DNA of 64,000 nucleotides from an uncultured bacterium. GTDB lineage: Bacteria; Bacillota_I; Bacilli_A; RFN20; CAG-826. Of this stretch, positions 31,813 to 42,435 are shown piece after piece. The notes below the pieces were generated by a model. The model saw nothing but the letters and a program-made list of their open reading frames with translations, made no database searches and was not told the origin of the DNA. Where the stretch lies: positions 16,348-80,347 of the forward strand of contig CASFRI010000035.1 of NCBI GenBank assembly GCA_949297055.1, in the 5' to 3' direction. The translations under genes were made by a program, and so were the position numbers. Each line of letters opens with the position of its first letter. Positions within the stretch are counted from its first letter, which is position 1.

Positions 31813-32457
31813 ATGGGCTTATTTGCTAGTCAAAAAGAAAAGAATTTAAAAGCTGGTCGCAGCAAAGAACAAAAACAAGTCATCGACTATTTCTTAGGAA
31901 AGCGTGGCTGTTTAGGTGTTGGAAAACTTAACGACAAAAAATATGATGAACTTGTCAATAGAGTAGTTCATGCGATCGACCATAAGAGCGAAGGATTAAG
32001 AAAGATTGGTCTTGATCCAACACAAGTAAGTAAAGTAAAAGCTATTTCTTTTGAAGGTTACAATTTTAGCGATAGAAATATTTTTACAAAACTTGGTAAA
32101 GATTTATTATGGCGTTCTTCTTCTTATCAAGTGACTTGGGTTTTCTTCACGGATGAAGAATTATTCCTTTATCAATGGACGACGAATCTTGATGAAGATG
32201 GAAAGAGCGTTAGAACAGCAGAATTCTTCTACAAAGATATCGTTAGCATCTACACTGAAACTGGTTCAGAAGAACGCGAAGTTCTCAAGAGACGTGGTTT
32301 GACGACGAATACTTATCAAAGAATTCTCATGGATTACAATCAATTTATGATCGTTGTTCCAGGTGATAAATTATCAATTTCTGTCACTAATCCAGAAGCT
32401 TCAGAAAGATCGATTCAAGGTCTTAAAGCTTTAGTGAGAGAAAGAAAAGCTAAATAA
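31813..32457 (+). CDS. Hypothetical protein, possibly with a bacterial PH-like domain
   Basis: 214 aa, soluble. YQVTWVFFTDEELFLYQWT is suggestive of a bPH-like domain. Confidence 0.35.
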   Translation: MGLFASQKEKNLKAGRSKEQKQVIDYFLGKRGCLGVGKLNDKKYDELVNRVVHAIDHKSEGLRKIGLDPTQVSKVKAISFEGYNFSDRNIFTKLGKDLLWRSSSYQVTWVFFTDEELFLYQWTTNLDEDGKSVRTAEFFYKDIVSIYTETGSEEREVLKRRGLTTNTYQRILMDYNQFMIVVPGDKLSISVTNPEASERSIQGLKALVRERKAK

Positions 32458-32463
32458 TAATTT

Positions 32464-32937
32464 ATGATGTTTGATAAGCAAGAACATGATTTTGTCTTCA
32501 ATTATGTTTTAAATCATCCTCTAAGTAGACCTAACACTACGCTTACTAAATGTATTTGTTATATTATCTTGTTCTTGCTTTTCATAACCTTGTTAGGGGT
32601 GGGATTTTATTTCTTGTTAAAAAGTAGTGATTTCTTAAGTCCCGCCCTTAATGATTTATTAAATGAAAATATTGGTTTAAGCATTTTTATTATCATTCTT
32701 ATTATCGGTAGTTATACTTTCTTAATTTTATCTCCGTCTATCATCACGGGGCTCGTCCATCTTTATCAGCATTACGCTAAAACTGATAGACGAAGAAAAT
32801 GTAATTTTAAGCCAACTTGTTCGGAATATGCTTTATTAGCGATAAAAAAATATGGCGTTATTCTCGCTTTAATAAAAATTATTCATCGCGTCTATTTCCG
32901 TTGTCGTGGTTCGATTTGTCATATCGATTATCCTTAG
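32464..32937 (+). CDS. YidD-like (membrane protein insertion efficiency factor family) domain fused to N-terminal TM segments
   Basis: C-terminal CNFKPTCSEYALLAIKKYG…RCRGSICHIDYP resembles the YidD CxxHPxCSxY…DPVP motif. Two N-terminal TM helices. Confidence 0.45.
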   Translation: MMFDKQEHDFVFNYVLNHPLSRPNTTLTKCICYIILFLLFITLLGVGFYFLLKSSDFLSPALNDLLNENIGLSIFIIILIIGSYTFLILSPSIITGLVHLYQHYAKTDRRRKCNFKPTCSEYALLAIKKYGVILALIKIIHRVYFRCRGSICHIDYP

Positions 32938-32956
32938 AAAGGAAGGAAAATAAGTT

Positions 32957-34012
32957 ATGTCTTTATTTAAACGTAGCGAAGTGAAAAAAACTTGGACTGA
33001 AGTCATTAAAAATGATTCTTCGCCTGATTTTTTAATTTATAAGTATCCAAGTGAAGATTTCAATACGAATTCAACATTGATTGTTCAACCAGGTGAAGAA
33101 GCTATCTTCATCGATGGAGGTATAATTAAGCAAGTATTCAGCAATGGCACTTATAAATTATCGACGAAAAATTATCCTTTTATCACTAGTCTAAGAAACT
33201 TATTTTCTGGTGGTGTTTCCATTTTTAATTGCCGTGTCTACTTCGTTAGAACCACACACAGTGTAGAAATTAAATGGGGAACGGATTCACCAATTCAAGT
33301 AAGAGATAAATTGTTAGGCATCGCAACGAAAATCAAATGCCGTGGAGCGTATAAAGTTCAAATTAAAAATCCTCAATTGTTTTTGGAAAAATTAATTGGC
33401 AACAACATGGATTTTGAGTCTGAAGTTGGTCTAAATAAATATTTTATTAGTCAATTTCAATCAAAAATTAAATCAGTTATCGCTAGAGCCTTATTAGAAT
33501 CGAATATGGAACTTTTAGGAATCGATGCAAGACTCGATGAATTTAGTGAAATTATCGAACCTTACATGGATGAGATTTTAAAAGAATATGGTTTAACTTG
33601 CGTGCGTTTCGTCGTCTCGGCTTTAGATATTGAAGATGATGAACTTAGAAGAAAATATGATGAAGTGGGTATTGAAACGATCGCTAAGTTAAGACACGCT
33701 CAAGCTGATAAAGCGGTTTTTGAAACGTTAGGCGATAATTGGCAAAGACAAAGACAAGCTGAAATTTTAAAAGCGGCCGCGGAAAATGAAGGTAGTGGTG
33801 GCGGAGCCGGTATCGGAGTGGGTTTAGGTGCAGGCTTAGGCATGTTCAATGCGATGCAAAATAACAATCCAAATAGCATGGGATTAGATAAACCTAAAGG
33901 CAATGACGATGTCGCATCTAAACTTCAAACATTAAAAACTTTATTTGACCAAGGTTTGATTGATAAAGAAGAATACGATATGAAAAGAAAGGAATTATTA
34001 GCAAAATTATGA
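32957..34012 (+). CDS. SPFH/Band-7-like domain protein with a Gly-rich linker and C-terminal SHOCT domain
   Basis: N-terminal FLIYKYPSEDFNTNSTLIVQPGEEAIFIDGG (SPFH/virion-core-like). GSGGGAGIGVGLGAGLG linker. C-terminal KLQTLKTLFDQGLIDKEEYDMKRKELLAKL (SHOCT). Confidence 0.55.
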   Translation: MSLFKRSEVKKTWTEVIKNDSSPDFLIYKYPSEDFNTNSTLIVQPGEEAIFIDGGIIKQVFSNGTYKLSTKNYPFITSLRNLFSGGVSIFNCRVYFVRTTHSVEIKWGTDSPIQVRDKLLGIATKIKCRGAYKVQIKNPQLFLEKLIGNNMDFESEVGLNKYFISQFQSKIKSVIARALLESNMELLGIDARLDEFSEIIEPYMDEILKEYGLTCVRFVVSALDIEDDELRRKYDEVGIETIAKLRHAQADKAVFETLGDNWQRQRQAEILKAAAENEGSGGGAGIGVGLGAGLGMFNAMQNNNPNSMGLDKPKGNDDVASKLQTLKTLFDQGLIDKEEYDMKRKELLAKL

Positions 34013-34698
34013 AATTAAAAAATAAGATTTTAATTGCTACAATCATATTAGATTTAGTGTTTATTGTTGTTTTTAATCTTTGTTTCTTTTTAATTGCAGG
34101 AACAATCCACACAGAGTCTACTTGGGTAGCGTATGCTTTTATTCACGTTTCATATCTATCTTTGATTTTAATTCCATTACTTAAGACGAATACGATGGGA
34201 AATCATATTTATCAAATGACTCATTATCTAGTAAGTGTTTTCTACTTCTTATCGTCTTTTGTCGCAAATGTTGTATTTTTATGCTTGGAATTAATTGATA
34301 TTGTTCCTTCCATTGCCACGAACGCGGTATTGCTAGGCTTATATATAATTATTTTCTTAACACTTTACATCGTTAATCAAAAAAGTGCTGAACAAGAAAG
34401 AATTGATCATAAAGAAGCTAGAGTCATCAAAAACTACGCTGGTCGTATCGCTAGGCTTATCGAAGTAGTGGAAGATAGAAATGTAAGAAGACAACTACAA
34501 AATATTCATGATGAAATTCACTCCTTACCGAGCATGGAAGCTTTAGGCACGAAAACTTACGATAGTAAGATTGATGCTTCTATCGATGAATTAATGCTCG
34601 CTGTTAGTGAGCAAAATAATGATGAAATAGTTAAACTTTGTAAGAAAATTCATCTTCTTCTAGCAGAAAGAGATGCTTATAGGAAGGAAGAATATTAA
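34009..34698 (+). CDS. Membrane protein (4 TM) with a C-terminal helical cytoplasmic domain
   Basis: Hydropathy pattern. Start overlaps the upstream stop. Confidence 0.45.
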   Translation: MKLKNKILIATIILDLVFIVVFNLCFFLIAGTIHTESTWVAYAFIHVSYLSLILIPLLKTNTMGNHIYQMTHYLVSVFYFLSSFVANVVFLCLELIDIVPSIATNAVLLGLYIIIFLTLYIVNQKSAEQERIDHKEARVIKNYAGRIARLIEVVEDRNVRRQLQNIHDEIHSLPSMEALGTKTYDSKIDASIDELMLAVSEQNNDEIVKLCKKIHLLLAERDAYRKEEY

Positions 34699-34700
34699 GT

Positions 34701-35216
34701 ATGATATCAGGACTTATCGGATCTATTTTGGAAAATAGAAAATTAAAGATTATAATTGGTTACTCACTCATCTCATTAATTCTATATTTTATTTGGCCAG
34801 CCATCATTAATCTAATGGGTGGATCTGTGAATCCATTTGTGATGTTCGCTATTGTAGCCTTTTTTTTCGCATCTATTGGGACTTCTGTTGGTTATTTACT
34901 ACGCTCTGGGGAAAATAACCTCTGGGCTTTATATTTCATCGCTTACGGTATAATATCTTTAAATTCAGCGCTTATAGGCACGCTGTTCTTTTATACGATA
35001 CCTAATTTTTCTAATATGTACGTGCCTTTAATTTATCTTGCTGGGTACGTTATTAATTTAATACTTTATTTTGTGTTTAATATGGCTATTGATAGAGATC
35101 CTATTGGACCAGCCATCGTCGTATTTATGGGCTTTATTGTCATTTCGGCAATTGCAACATTTGTCGCTTTGTTTATTTTTAATTATCCAGGTATTCCACT
35201 TCTATCTGTAGAATAA
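34701..35216 (+). CDS. Polytopic membrane protein
   Basis: 171 aa, about 5 TM helices. Confidence 0.45.
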   Translation: MISGLIGSILENRKLKIIIGYSLISLILYFIWPAIINLMGGSVNPFVMFAIVAFFFASIGTSVGYLLRSGENNLWALYFIAYGIISLNSALIGTLFFYTIPNFSNMYVPLIYLAGYVINLILYFVFNMAIDRDPIGPAIVVFMGFIVISAIATFVALFIFNYPGIPLLSVE

Positions 35217-35321
35217 TCTCTCTTTATTTACTAATAATAGTAGCGGTTAATTCCTCTACTATTTTTTATTATTTTTTGATGCATGTTAAAATATATTTAA
35301 AGAATAAGTGAGGATTTACTT

Positions 35322-36656
35322 ATGGAAGAAAATATTTGTAAGAAGTGCGGAACGTATAATGTTTTAGATGCCAAATTTTGTAAAAATTGTGGACGAAGAT
35401 TAGATGGTAAAAAAGTATGCGTGCACTGTGGAAAGTTAATTGATGATGATGCGATTTATTGTTCTTATTGTGGCGGAAATATTAACGCGACAAAAGAAGA
35501 ATTTAAGAAGATAGAAGTTATTAAAAAGAAAGCTTCTATCAATTATAAGCCAGCATTAAAATTATCTTCTTTTATTTTAGGTTGCGTAGCGGCAGCTTTA
35601 ATTTTCCTCATGACTTTTCTTATTGGTTTTACGAATAAAAGTAGCCAATCAACCGTTTCTTCTAACTTCTTCCTTTATTATTTTTTAGGTGATGTTTATG
35701 CGTCCGGTTTTGCTGGCACGAGCATTTATACAATAGTAGGTCCGATTTTAGGAACGATAACAGTCGTTTTAATCTTTGTTGGAATAATTATTGGTGTAGC
35801 CTTCTTCATCAAAGATTTAGTGAACTATTCTAAAGGGAAAGTTGATTCTATCACTAAATCAGTGTTAGTCATCTATTTAATTTATATCGCTGGTATTTCT
35901 TTATTACATCTATTAGTTGCCTCTAATATGATTTTAACTTCTCAAACGGAAAATATTGTGGAAGGTCGTTATTTGAACGCTCCGACGATGTTAGGCATTA
36001 TTTTAGGTGCATTATTAATTATTGCTTCCTTAGTGTTAGATGCGATTAGAACGTTCCAACTTAATAATTTAATAGGATATTTAAAACGTGCGATTCCTAG
36101 TTTAATTATCATCATCTTAGGTATTGTTTCCTTCTCTATCATCTCACAAAACTTAATGCAATTAAGTGAATACTACACTAGTGGGTCTTATAATTCAGTT
36201 AGTATGGATTATGGTATCCTCATGTTCATTACTTATATGGCCAATTATATGTTCGCAACCGTGCCAGGCGGGGGTGAAGTAACTTCCGCTGAAGCGACGA
36301 CGATGTTCAATTATAGTTTAGGCGTTGCCTTTAGTTGTTTAATTTTCTTATGTTTGATCTTATTTGCTCTATTCTTTATATTAGGTGTAAAAGAAGTGGC
36401 TACTAAATTTGGTCAAAAGAGCACGAAGGCTTCTAGATATCTTATCGCTAGCAGCGCATTTATCATCGCTATCGCGACATTTGAATTTGCGCTTAATGCG
36501 ACTGCGGGTGTCTATTTCTTCAATACGACAATCAACCCTAATGGTCCGATATTTATTTTAATTGTTGGCTTGTTCGCTCTCGCATGTGCGATTGTTTATT
36601 CTATATTTAACAAAAGCGAGGATAAGGAACAATTAGTAGCGGCTGAAAAGCAATAA
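35322..36656 (+). CDS. Double zinc-ribbon N-terminal domain fused to a membrane protein of about 8 TM
   Basis: CKKCG…CKNCG and CVHCG…CSYCGG ribbons, followed by a long hydrophobic domain. Confidence 0.5.
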   Translation: MEENICKKCGTYNVLDAKFCKNCGRRLDGKKVCVHCGKLIDDDAIYCSYCGGNINATKEEFKKIEVIKKKASINYKPALKLSSFILGCVAAALIFLMTFLIGFTNKSSQSTVSSNFFLYYFLGDVYASGFAGTSIYTIVGPILGTITVVLIFVGIIIGVAFFIKDLVNYSKGKVDSITKSVLVIYLIYIAGISLLHLLVASNMILTSQTENIVEGRYLNAPTMLGIILGALLIIASLVLDAIRTFQLNNLIGYLKRAIPSLIIIILGIVSFSIISQNLMQLSEYYTSGSYNSVSMDYGILMFITYMANYMFATVPGGGEVTSAEATTMFNYSLGVAFSCLIFLCLILFALFFILGVKEVATKFGQKSTKASRYLIASSAFIIAIATFEFALNATAGVYFFNTTINPNGPIFILIVGLFALACAIVYSIFNKSEDKEQLVAAEKQ

Positions 36657-36788
36657 TTTTGGTAAATTGCCGTTATTTTTAAACGAATATTAATATAATA
36701 GTCTATTTTTCTACGACGAGTTTGAGGCTTAATGGTTAAAATTATATCTATTTAAACGATATAAAGTTTCAAATGATATGTTATAGCT

Positions 36789-37295
36789 GTGTTAAAAGAA
36801 GATCATGATTATGCGAATTCGGATGTGCGTAGTTTCTTAAACGTTGAAATGTTTAACTCATTATTCAATAGTTTTGATAAGGATAGAGTTATGTTAAATA
36901 AAACCGATAATGGGAGCGATACGACGAGAAGTTGTTATACGGGAACTAATCCTAATCCTAACGCTCCTACAGCAGGTGACCCTGATGAATTTAGCGATGA
37001 TCATGTCTATTTGCTTTCGTATCGTAATTTCGATGGAACCTATGGTTATGAAGATTTAAATAGCCCATCAAATAGAGCAACTGTTGCAACAGATTATTCT
37101 CATAGTAACGGCTATTATCATCACGATAAAAATAGTTATTGGACGCGTTCACCAAGCAATAATGAAAATGGCGGCACTTACGTTAGCTACATTGCATCAG
37201 GAACAACAAGCTCTCTTTATGCTGGAGAGGAAGTTACTACTGTTCTAGGCTTAAGAGTAGGTATTACATTTAGCCTTAGTAATTCATCAAACTAA
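36789..37295 (+). CDS. DUF1566/Lcl-C-terminal-like domain ORF, possibly a remnant of a surface protein (GTG start, no signal peptide)
   Basis: DDHVYLLSYRNF … SYWTRSP … LGLRVGI resembles the tail of the Lcl C-terminal-like domain. No upstream continuation in any frame. Confidence 0.3.
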   Translation: MLKEDHDYANSDVRSFLNVEMFNSLFNSFDKDRVMLNKTDNGSDTTRSCYTGTNPNPNAPTAGDPDEFSDDHVYLLSYRNFDGTYGYEDLNSPSNRATVATDYSHSNGYYHHDKNSYWTRSPSNNENGGTYVSYIASGTTSSLYAGEEVTTVLGLRVGITFSLSNSSN

Positions 37296-37366
37296 GCATA
37301 TTTAAGTTTTAATTAAATAAACTTATCTTTTATGGCATAATATCTATTACAAGGAGAACTATTTCC

Positions 37367-38596
37367 ATGAAAGATTATTTGAAAGAAGCGGAAGAGGCTT
37401 ACACCCCTCTTTTAGCCATCGAAGAAGCAAGTAGGTGCTTATTATGCCATGACGCCCCATGCTCTAAGAATTGTCCTGCTGGTACAGATCCGGCAAGATT
37501 TATTCGTGCCTTACGTTTTTTAAATGAAAAAGGTGCGGCGGAAATTGTTAGAGAAAATAATGCTTTGGGAGCGATATGCGCAAGGGTGTGTCCACAAGAA
37601 AAATATTGTAAATTAGGTTGTTCAAGAAGTGGTATTGATAAACCAATTGAAATTGGTAAAATTCAACGTTACATCACTGATTTTGAAGCTAATTTAAAGA
37701 TGGAAATTTTAAGGAAGCCAGAAGTAGAATTAAAACAAAAGGTTGCCATCATTGGTTCTGGTCCTGGTGGTTTAGAACTTGCGGCTTTATTGCGTATGAA
37801 AGGTTATCAAGTGACAATCTTTGAAAAAGATGAAAAACTTGGTGGTTATCTAAGATATGGCATTCCTTCATATCGTTTACCAAATGATGTCTTAGATTTA
37901 GAAATTAAGCGTATCTTAGATTTAGGGGTTAAAAATTTAGTGAATCATCCAGTGGACGATGATGAATTTAAAAAATTAAAGGAAGAATATGACGCGGTCG
38001 TCGTTGGAACTGGTTACGAATTAGCAAAAACATTACCAATGTTTGAAGATGACCCACATGTCGAACTTGCGACCCAATTTTTAAGAAGAGCGAAAAATGA
38101 AGGTGGCGATATCGATGTCTATAGCGATACATTAGTCATCGGTGGTGGGGACGTGGCGATGGATGTCGTTACTACTTTAAAGCGCATTGGAACACCGCGT
38201 GTCATCGATGTTGTTTATGAAGAATTTAATGAATTTAGAGCCAGTCAAAAAGAATTAGATGAAGCAAGAGCGTTGAATGTTTCTATCATCGATGGTTACG
38301 TTCCTATGAGTTACGATGGAAAAGTTGTTACTTTTAAACATCGTCATTTACCAAGCGTTATTTCTATTGAACCTAAACATATCATCTTAGCGGTCGGTCA
38401 AGTTGTAAGACCTCAATTTGATTTAGATTACAATCTAGGTGAAGTTGTGGCCAATAATTACCGTGTCGGAGATTCTAATGTGTTTGTCGTCGGTGATATC
38501 GCTAAAGGCGATAAAACAGTCGTTGGAGCAGTTAAAACTGCAAAAGAGGCGGCTTACTTTATCGATTCATATTTAACGAAAGCGAGGACAAAATAA
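37367..38596 (+). CDS. preT: NAD-dependent dihydropyrimidine dehydrogenase subunit PreT (GltD-like)
   Basis: [37 protein letters not shown]…[20 protein letters not shown] is near-identical in pattern to E. coli PreT/YeiT. FAD/NAD Rossmann segment GSGPGG. Confidence 0.85.
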   Translation: MKDYLKEAEEAYTPLLAIEEASRCLLCHDAPCSKNCPAGTDPARFIRALRFLNEKGAAEIVRENNALGAICARVCPQEKYCKLGCSRSGIDKPIEIGKIQRYITDFEANLKMEILRKPEVELKQKVAIIGSGPGGLELAALLRMKGYQVTIFEKDEKLGGYLRYGIPSYRLPNDVLDLEIKRILDLGVKNLVNHPVDDDEFKKLKEEYDAVVVGTGYELAKTLPMFEDDPHVELATQFLRRAKNEGGDIDVYSDTLVIGGGDVAMDVVTTLKRIGTPRVIDVVYEEFNEFRASQKELDEARALNVSIIDGYVPMSYDGKVVTFKHRHLPSVISIEPKHIILAVGQVVRPQFDLDYNLGEVVANNYRVGDSNVFVVGDIAKGDKTVVGAVKTAKEAAYFIDSYLTKARTK

Positions 38597-39843
38597 TGAT
38601 TAAAAAAGATTTGAGTATCGAATTCCTCGGTGTGAAATTTAAAAACCCTTTCATGCTTTCTTCTTCGCCTGTCGGTAATTGTTACGATATGTGCGCGAAA
38701 GCATTTAGATCAGGTTGGGGTGGAATCGTCTATAAAACTTTAATCAAAGATCCATGTGATGAATGTTCGCCACGTTACGATATGTTGACCAAGGAAGCTA
38801 CTCCTTTTGTCGGCTTTAAAAATATGGAACAACTTACTGAACATCCTTTAGAAGATGATTTAAGAGATATTACACGCCTTAAGAAAGAATTCCCTGATTG
38901 TGTTTTAGTCGCTTCTATCATGGCTGGAAGCGATGAAGATTGGAAGACTTTAGCGAAGCAAGTTGAAGATGCTGGTGCGGATATGATTGAACTTAATTTC
39001 TCTTGTCCTCAAATGACCGATACACATCTTGGTTCGGCAATTGGACAAAATCCAGATTTATGTCGTCAATACTGCAAAGCAGTAAAAAGCGCAACTAAGC
39101 TTCCTGTTATCGCTAAGATGACTCCTAATATCACCGATATGTGTGAAGTGGCTTTAGCAAGCAAAGAAGGTGGAGCGGACGCTATTTCTGCTATTAACAC
39201 GATTAAATCGATTTTAAATGTCGATTTAAATATGGAAGTGGGTCTACCTATCGTCAATGGTAAATCTTCGATTTCAGGTTATTCTGGTAAAGCGGTTAAA
39301 CCAGTAGCGTTAAGATTTATTCAACAATTAAGAGATAATCCTAAGACGAGAGATATTCCTATCTCTGGTATTGGTGGAATCGAAACTTGGCGTGATGCGG
39401 CTGAATTTATTTTACTTGGTGCTTCCACTTTACAAGTCACGACCGCGATTATGCAATATGGTTATCGTATCATCGATGATTTATGTAATGGTTTAATGCA
39501 CTATATGGAAGAAAAAGGTGTAGATCATCTTTCCGACTTAGTAGGAAAAGCAAATAAGAATGTTATTCCCGCGGAAGAACTTGACCGTGACTTTAAGATT
39601 TATCCTAAGATCGATAATGATAAGTGCGTCGGCTGCGGAAGATGTTACATCTCATGTTACGATGGATCTCATCAAGCTATGGAATGGGATAAGAAGACGA
39701 GAAGACCAACTTGTAACACTGATAAGTGTGTTGGTTGTTTGCTTTGTTCTTTAGTGTGTCCTGTCGGGGCAATTTCTAAAGGTGAAGTTGTCTTTAAGAA
39801 TGGACGCGGTAAAGGAAGAAAAACGAAAGATATTATCGTTTAA
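38596..39843 (+). CDS. preA: NAD-dependent dihydropyrimidine dehydrogenase subunit PreA (DHODH-like plus 2x[4Fe-4S] ferredoxin)
   Basis: DHOD-like TIM barrel plus C-terminal [11 protein letters not shown]…[16 protein letters not shown]. Confidence 0.85.
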   Translation: MIKKDLSIEFLGVKFKNPFMLSSSPVGNCYDMCAKAFRSGWGGIVYKTLIKDPCDECSPRYDMLTKEATPFVGFKNMEQLTEHPLEDDLRDITRLKKEFPDCVLVASIMAGSDEDWKTLAKQVEDAGADMIELNFSCPQMTDTHLGSAIGQNPDLCRQYCKAVKSATKLPVIAKMTPNITDMCEVALASKEGGADAISAINTIKSILNVDLNMEVGLPIVNGKSSISGYSGKAVKPVALRFIQQLRDNPKTRDIPISGIGGIETWRDAAEFILLGASTLQVTTAIMQYGYRIIDDLCNGLMHYMEEKGVDHLSDLVGKANKNVIPAEELDRDFKIYPKIDNDKCVGCGRCYISCYDGSHQAMEWDKKTRRPTCNTDKCVGCLLCSLVCPVGAISKGEVVFKNGRGKGRKTKDIIV

Positions 39844-39866
39844 TTAATTTAATTACATTCATTTAA

Positions 39867-39897
39867 GAAGTCATCCCTCGTGGGTGACTTTTTTTGT
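39867..39897 (+). terminator. Rho-independent terminator after preA
   Basis: aagtcatccc-tcgt-gggtgactt followed by ttttttt. Confidence 0.55.
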
Positions 39898-40092
39898 GTC
39901 AATAGGAATAATGAGAATAAAACCGAGCAGCCATTTATAGAATTTTGAAATATTAAATCGCAAATTTAGCATATACTTCATTTTGTTCAAATTATTAAAG
40001 ATTCTTTTTCATTAATAAGCCAACAAATAAAAAAACATTCAAATAAAAAAGTGTTATAATATAACCGTAAGTTAAAAAATTCAGGAGATTTT

Positions 40093-41787
40093 ATGGTAGA
40101 AATTTTTAATGCTCTTGCAGCTCTTTTTTCTTTAGTTGGTGTTGGCGCGCCACAGAATTTTGTTTTTGAAGATAGTTTAAAAATAGATGCTATCGTAGAA
40201 GTCGCAAATTCTTCTTTAGTTGAAATACCATCTAATTATAAAGAATTACTATGTGAAAAACCAATTTATAATTTTTTAGGGGCAGACAGATATAGATTAA
40301 TTAAATTTCAAAGTAATTATGGAATTTATGACATTCAAGAAGAAATGTTAATAAAAATCTTATCATACGAACAATTTGAATGTCTAAATATTGACTCCGT
40401 TATTTTTTTCTTTCCTAATGATAAGTGTAGTTTTATATATTTTGATGAATTATCCAACTGTTTTTACGATTGTATGTCGGGTGCAAAAATTGATAATTTA
40501 AATCCTCTAGGCAATTCTGATTCAATTAATCGAGGTGAATATTATCTTAGAATTCCAATTGCGGAGGATGCCACTAAAATAGATAATTATTATTTTGAAG
40601 AACTTGGCTCTGCTCATGGTTATAATGTCGATGGCACTTGTGCCATCGTATCATCTCAAATTTTGCTAAATTATTATGATTCATTTTATGATGATAGATT
40701 GGTTGATGAACAACTTGATGTAAATTTTAAAACATTCGAAAGTAATTCCTCAATTTCTGAGTTTTATGTAGATTATAATACCGATTTTGCAGCATACGAT
40801 TATTTTCATGATTATTTATGTGATTTTATTGTAGAAAACACAGGTGAATCAAATCCACACGATGGGGTTGGCGTCAATTATCAAATTGAAATGATTAAAA
40901 AATATTATGAATCAAAAGGCATAGAATATACTTCTACAGTCTCTGAAGGTAACTGGGCTGATTTGATTACAGCTCGACAAGTTGGTGTTATTAAAGATGC
41001 TATTGACAATAATAGACCAGTTATAGCTGGTGGGAACAACGCAGTTGGACCACACTCTGTAGTTGCGTACGCTTACAATGATGAATATGTTTGGGTTCAT
41101 ACAGGCTGGGGTTATGTCGCTGCTGTATCTTGGGATATGTTCACAAGCCATATATTTGATTTTTCAAAGTATGGGTATGCTGGTGCTATTGATATTTATC
41201 CGTCTGGCGAACATTTTCATTCAGATAATTTTTACGTTGAGTCTGACGAAGAATATTTATGTACATGTGGTTCAACATTTAAAAAACAAAAAATATCACC
41301 AGAGGATTATGGCTTTGAGGATGCTTACCCATCCACTAATACTTATAAACTAGTAGGTTTATCTAATGGCTTTGAATTTGAAACAAATAGATTAAGGGCT
41401 GGATATATTCAAAGTCAAGTTGTGAATTTATCACCTAGAAGAGAAGGCGCTGGAACAGCATATTTGGAATATAATTTTCCTAGTTCTGTTGCACGTATTA
41501 ATGTAGATTTGTCATATTGGAGTTCTCAAGAATTAGTGGAATCACCTAACTTTACTTGTTGTTTTGAGTATTTTGATAGAACATCTGCTATTAATCCAGT
41601 TAAATTGATTGATTTGGTCAATGATGTTGAGTTAAGTACTGATAGATACAATCAGGATAATTTTGCATTTCACTTTTCTAAAAACAATTTAACAAAGTTC
41701 AGATTTTATTCAACATCTGATGCTTTAGGTGATAGAAATAAAGGAAGACTTTCAATAGGGGATATGGTGATATTCTATGAAACATAA
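40093..41787 (+). CDS. Hypothetical protein with a papain-like (C39-like) cysteine peptidase signature
   Basis: 564 aa. N-terminal hydrophobic segment ALAALFSLVGVGA. Candidate catalytic Cys in DGTCAIVSSQILLNYY and His in GPHSVVAYAYNDEYVWVHTGWGY. Very AT-rich, with Asn/Tyr-rich composition. Confidence 0.4.
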   Translation: MVEIFNALAALFSLVGVGAPQNFVFEDSLKIDAIVEVANSSLVEIPSNYKELLCEKPIYNFLGADRYRLIKFQSNYGIYDIQEEMLIKILSYEQFECLNIDSVIFFFPNDKCSFIYFDELSNCFYDCMSGAKIDNLNPLGNSDSINRGEYYLRIPIAEDATKIDNYYFEELGSAHGYNVDGTCAIVSSQILLNYYDSFYDDRLVDEQLDVNFKTFESNSSISEFYVDYNTDFAAYDYFHDYLCDFIVENTGESNPHDGVGVNYQIEMIKKYYESKGIEYTSTVSEGNWADLITARQVGVIKDAIDNNRPVIAGGNNAVGPHSVVAYAYNDEYVWVHTGWGYVAAVSWDMFTSHIFDFSKYGYAGAIDIYPSGEHFHSDNFYVESDEEYLCTCGSTFKKQKISPEDYGFEDAYPSTNTYKLVGLSNGFEFETNRLRAGYIQSQVVNLSPRREGAGTAYLEYNFPSSVARINVDLSYWSSQELVESPNFTCCFEYFDRTSAINPVKLIDLVNDVELSTDRYNQDNFAFHFSKNNLTKFRFYSTSDALGDRNKGRLSIGDMVIFYET

Positions 41788-42373
41788 ATTGATATTATTT
41801 TTACCAACTATATTATTTACTGTAAGTTGTGCGCCTGGACCTTTATATGTGAAAACTAATAGTTACGAGAATTATGTTTCTTTTACCTCTAATTATTATG
41901 AATATTTTGTCACTAGCGCTAACTACGATTACTTTTTATTCAATCTAGATAATGTATCTTTAAAAAATTATCAAAAGAGATATTTGATCGAAGGTGTTAC
42001 TAGTAAAAATGTATGTGATACAAGTTTAATTCATTGCAATGAATTATTTGAAGTTTTAAGTACGTCTTTATCATTTTACGATGAAGAAGATACTTTAAAA
42101 TTAAGAATCTATTACCAGGAAGATAAACATTTTAATTGCGATAATATCACTTGGTTTATCGATTTCTATAAATTCCCTTTAAATCAATCAAATTATGATA
42201 TATTAATTGAAGAGGAAGGTTATTCTGCACCTTTAATATTGTTAGATAGCGTTAGTGAAGATAAGTTAGTGACTATTGAAAGATATAACTTCGATAATTG
42301 TTTTTCTAACTTTGAAGAACTTGAAACATTTTTAAATCAAATTGAAGTTGCTGCTAGGAATGCTTTAATTTAA
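41777..42373 (+). CDS. Small lipoprotein encoded overlapping the end of the peptidase gene
   Basis: MKHKLILFLPTILFTVSCAPGP lipobox. 198 aa. 11-nt overlap with the upstream gene. Confidence 0.55.
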   Translation: MKHKLILFLPTILFTVSCAPGPLYVKTNSYENYVSFTSNYYEYFVTSANYDYFLFNLDNVSLKNYQKRYLIEGVTSKNVCDTSLIHCNELFEVLSTSLSFYDEEDTLKLRIYYQEDKHFNCDNITWFIDFYKFPLNQSNYDILIEEEGYSAPLILLDSVSEDKLVTIERYNFDNCFSNFEELETFLNQIEVAARNALI

Positions 42374-42435
42374 TTTCTAATTAAAATTGATAAATATTTA
42401 GTGATTTTTTCTTCGCTCTATTACATAATTAAGCC

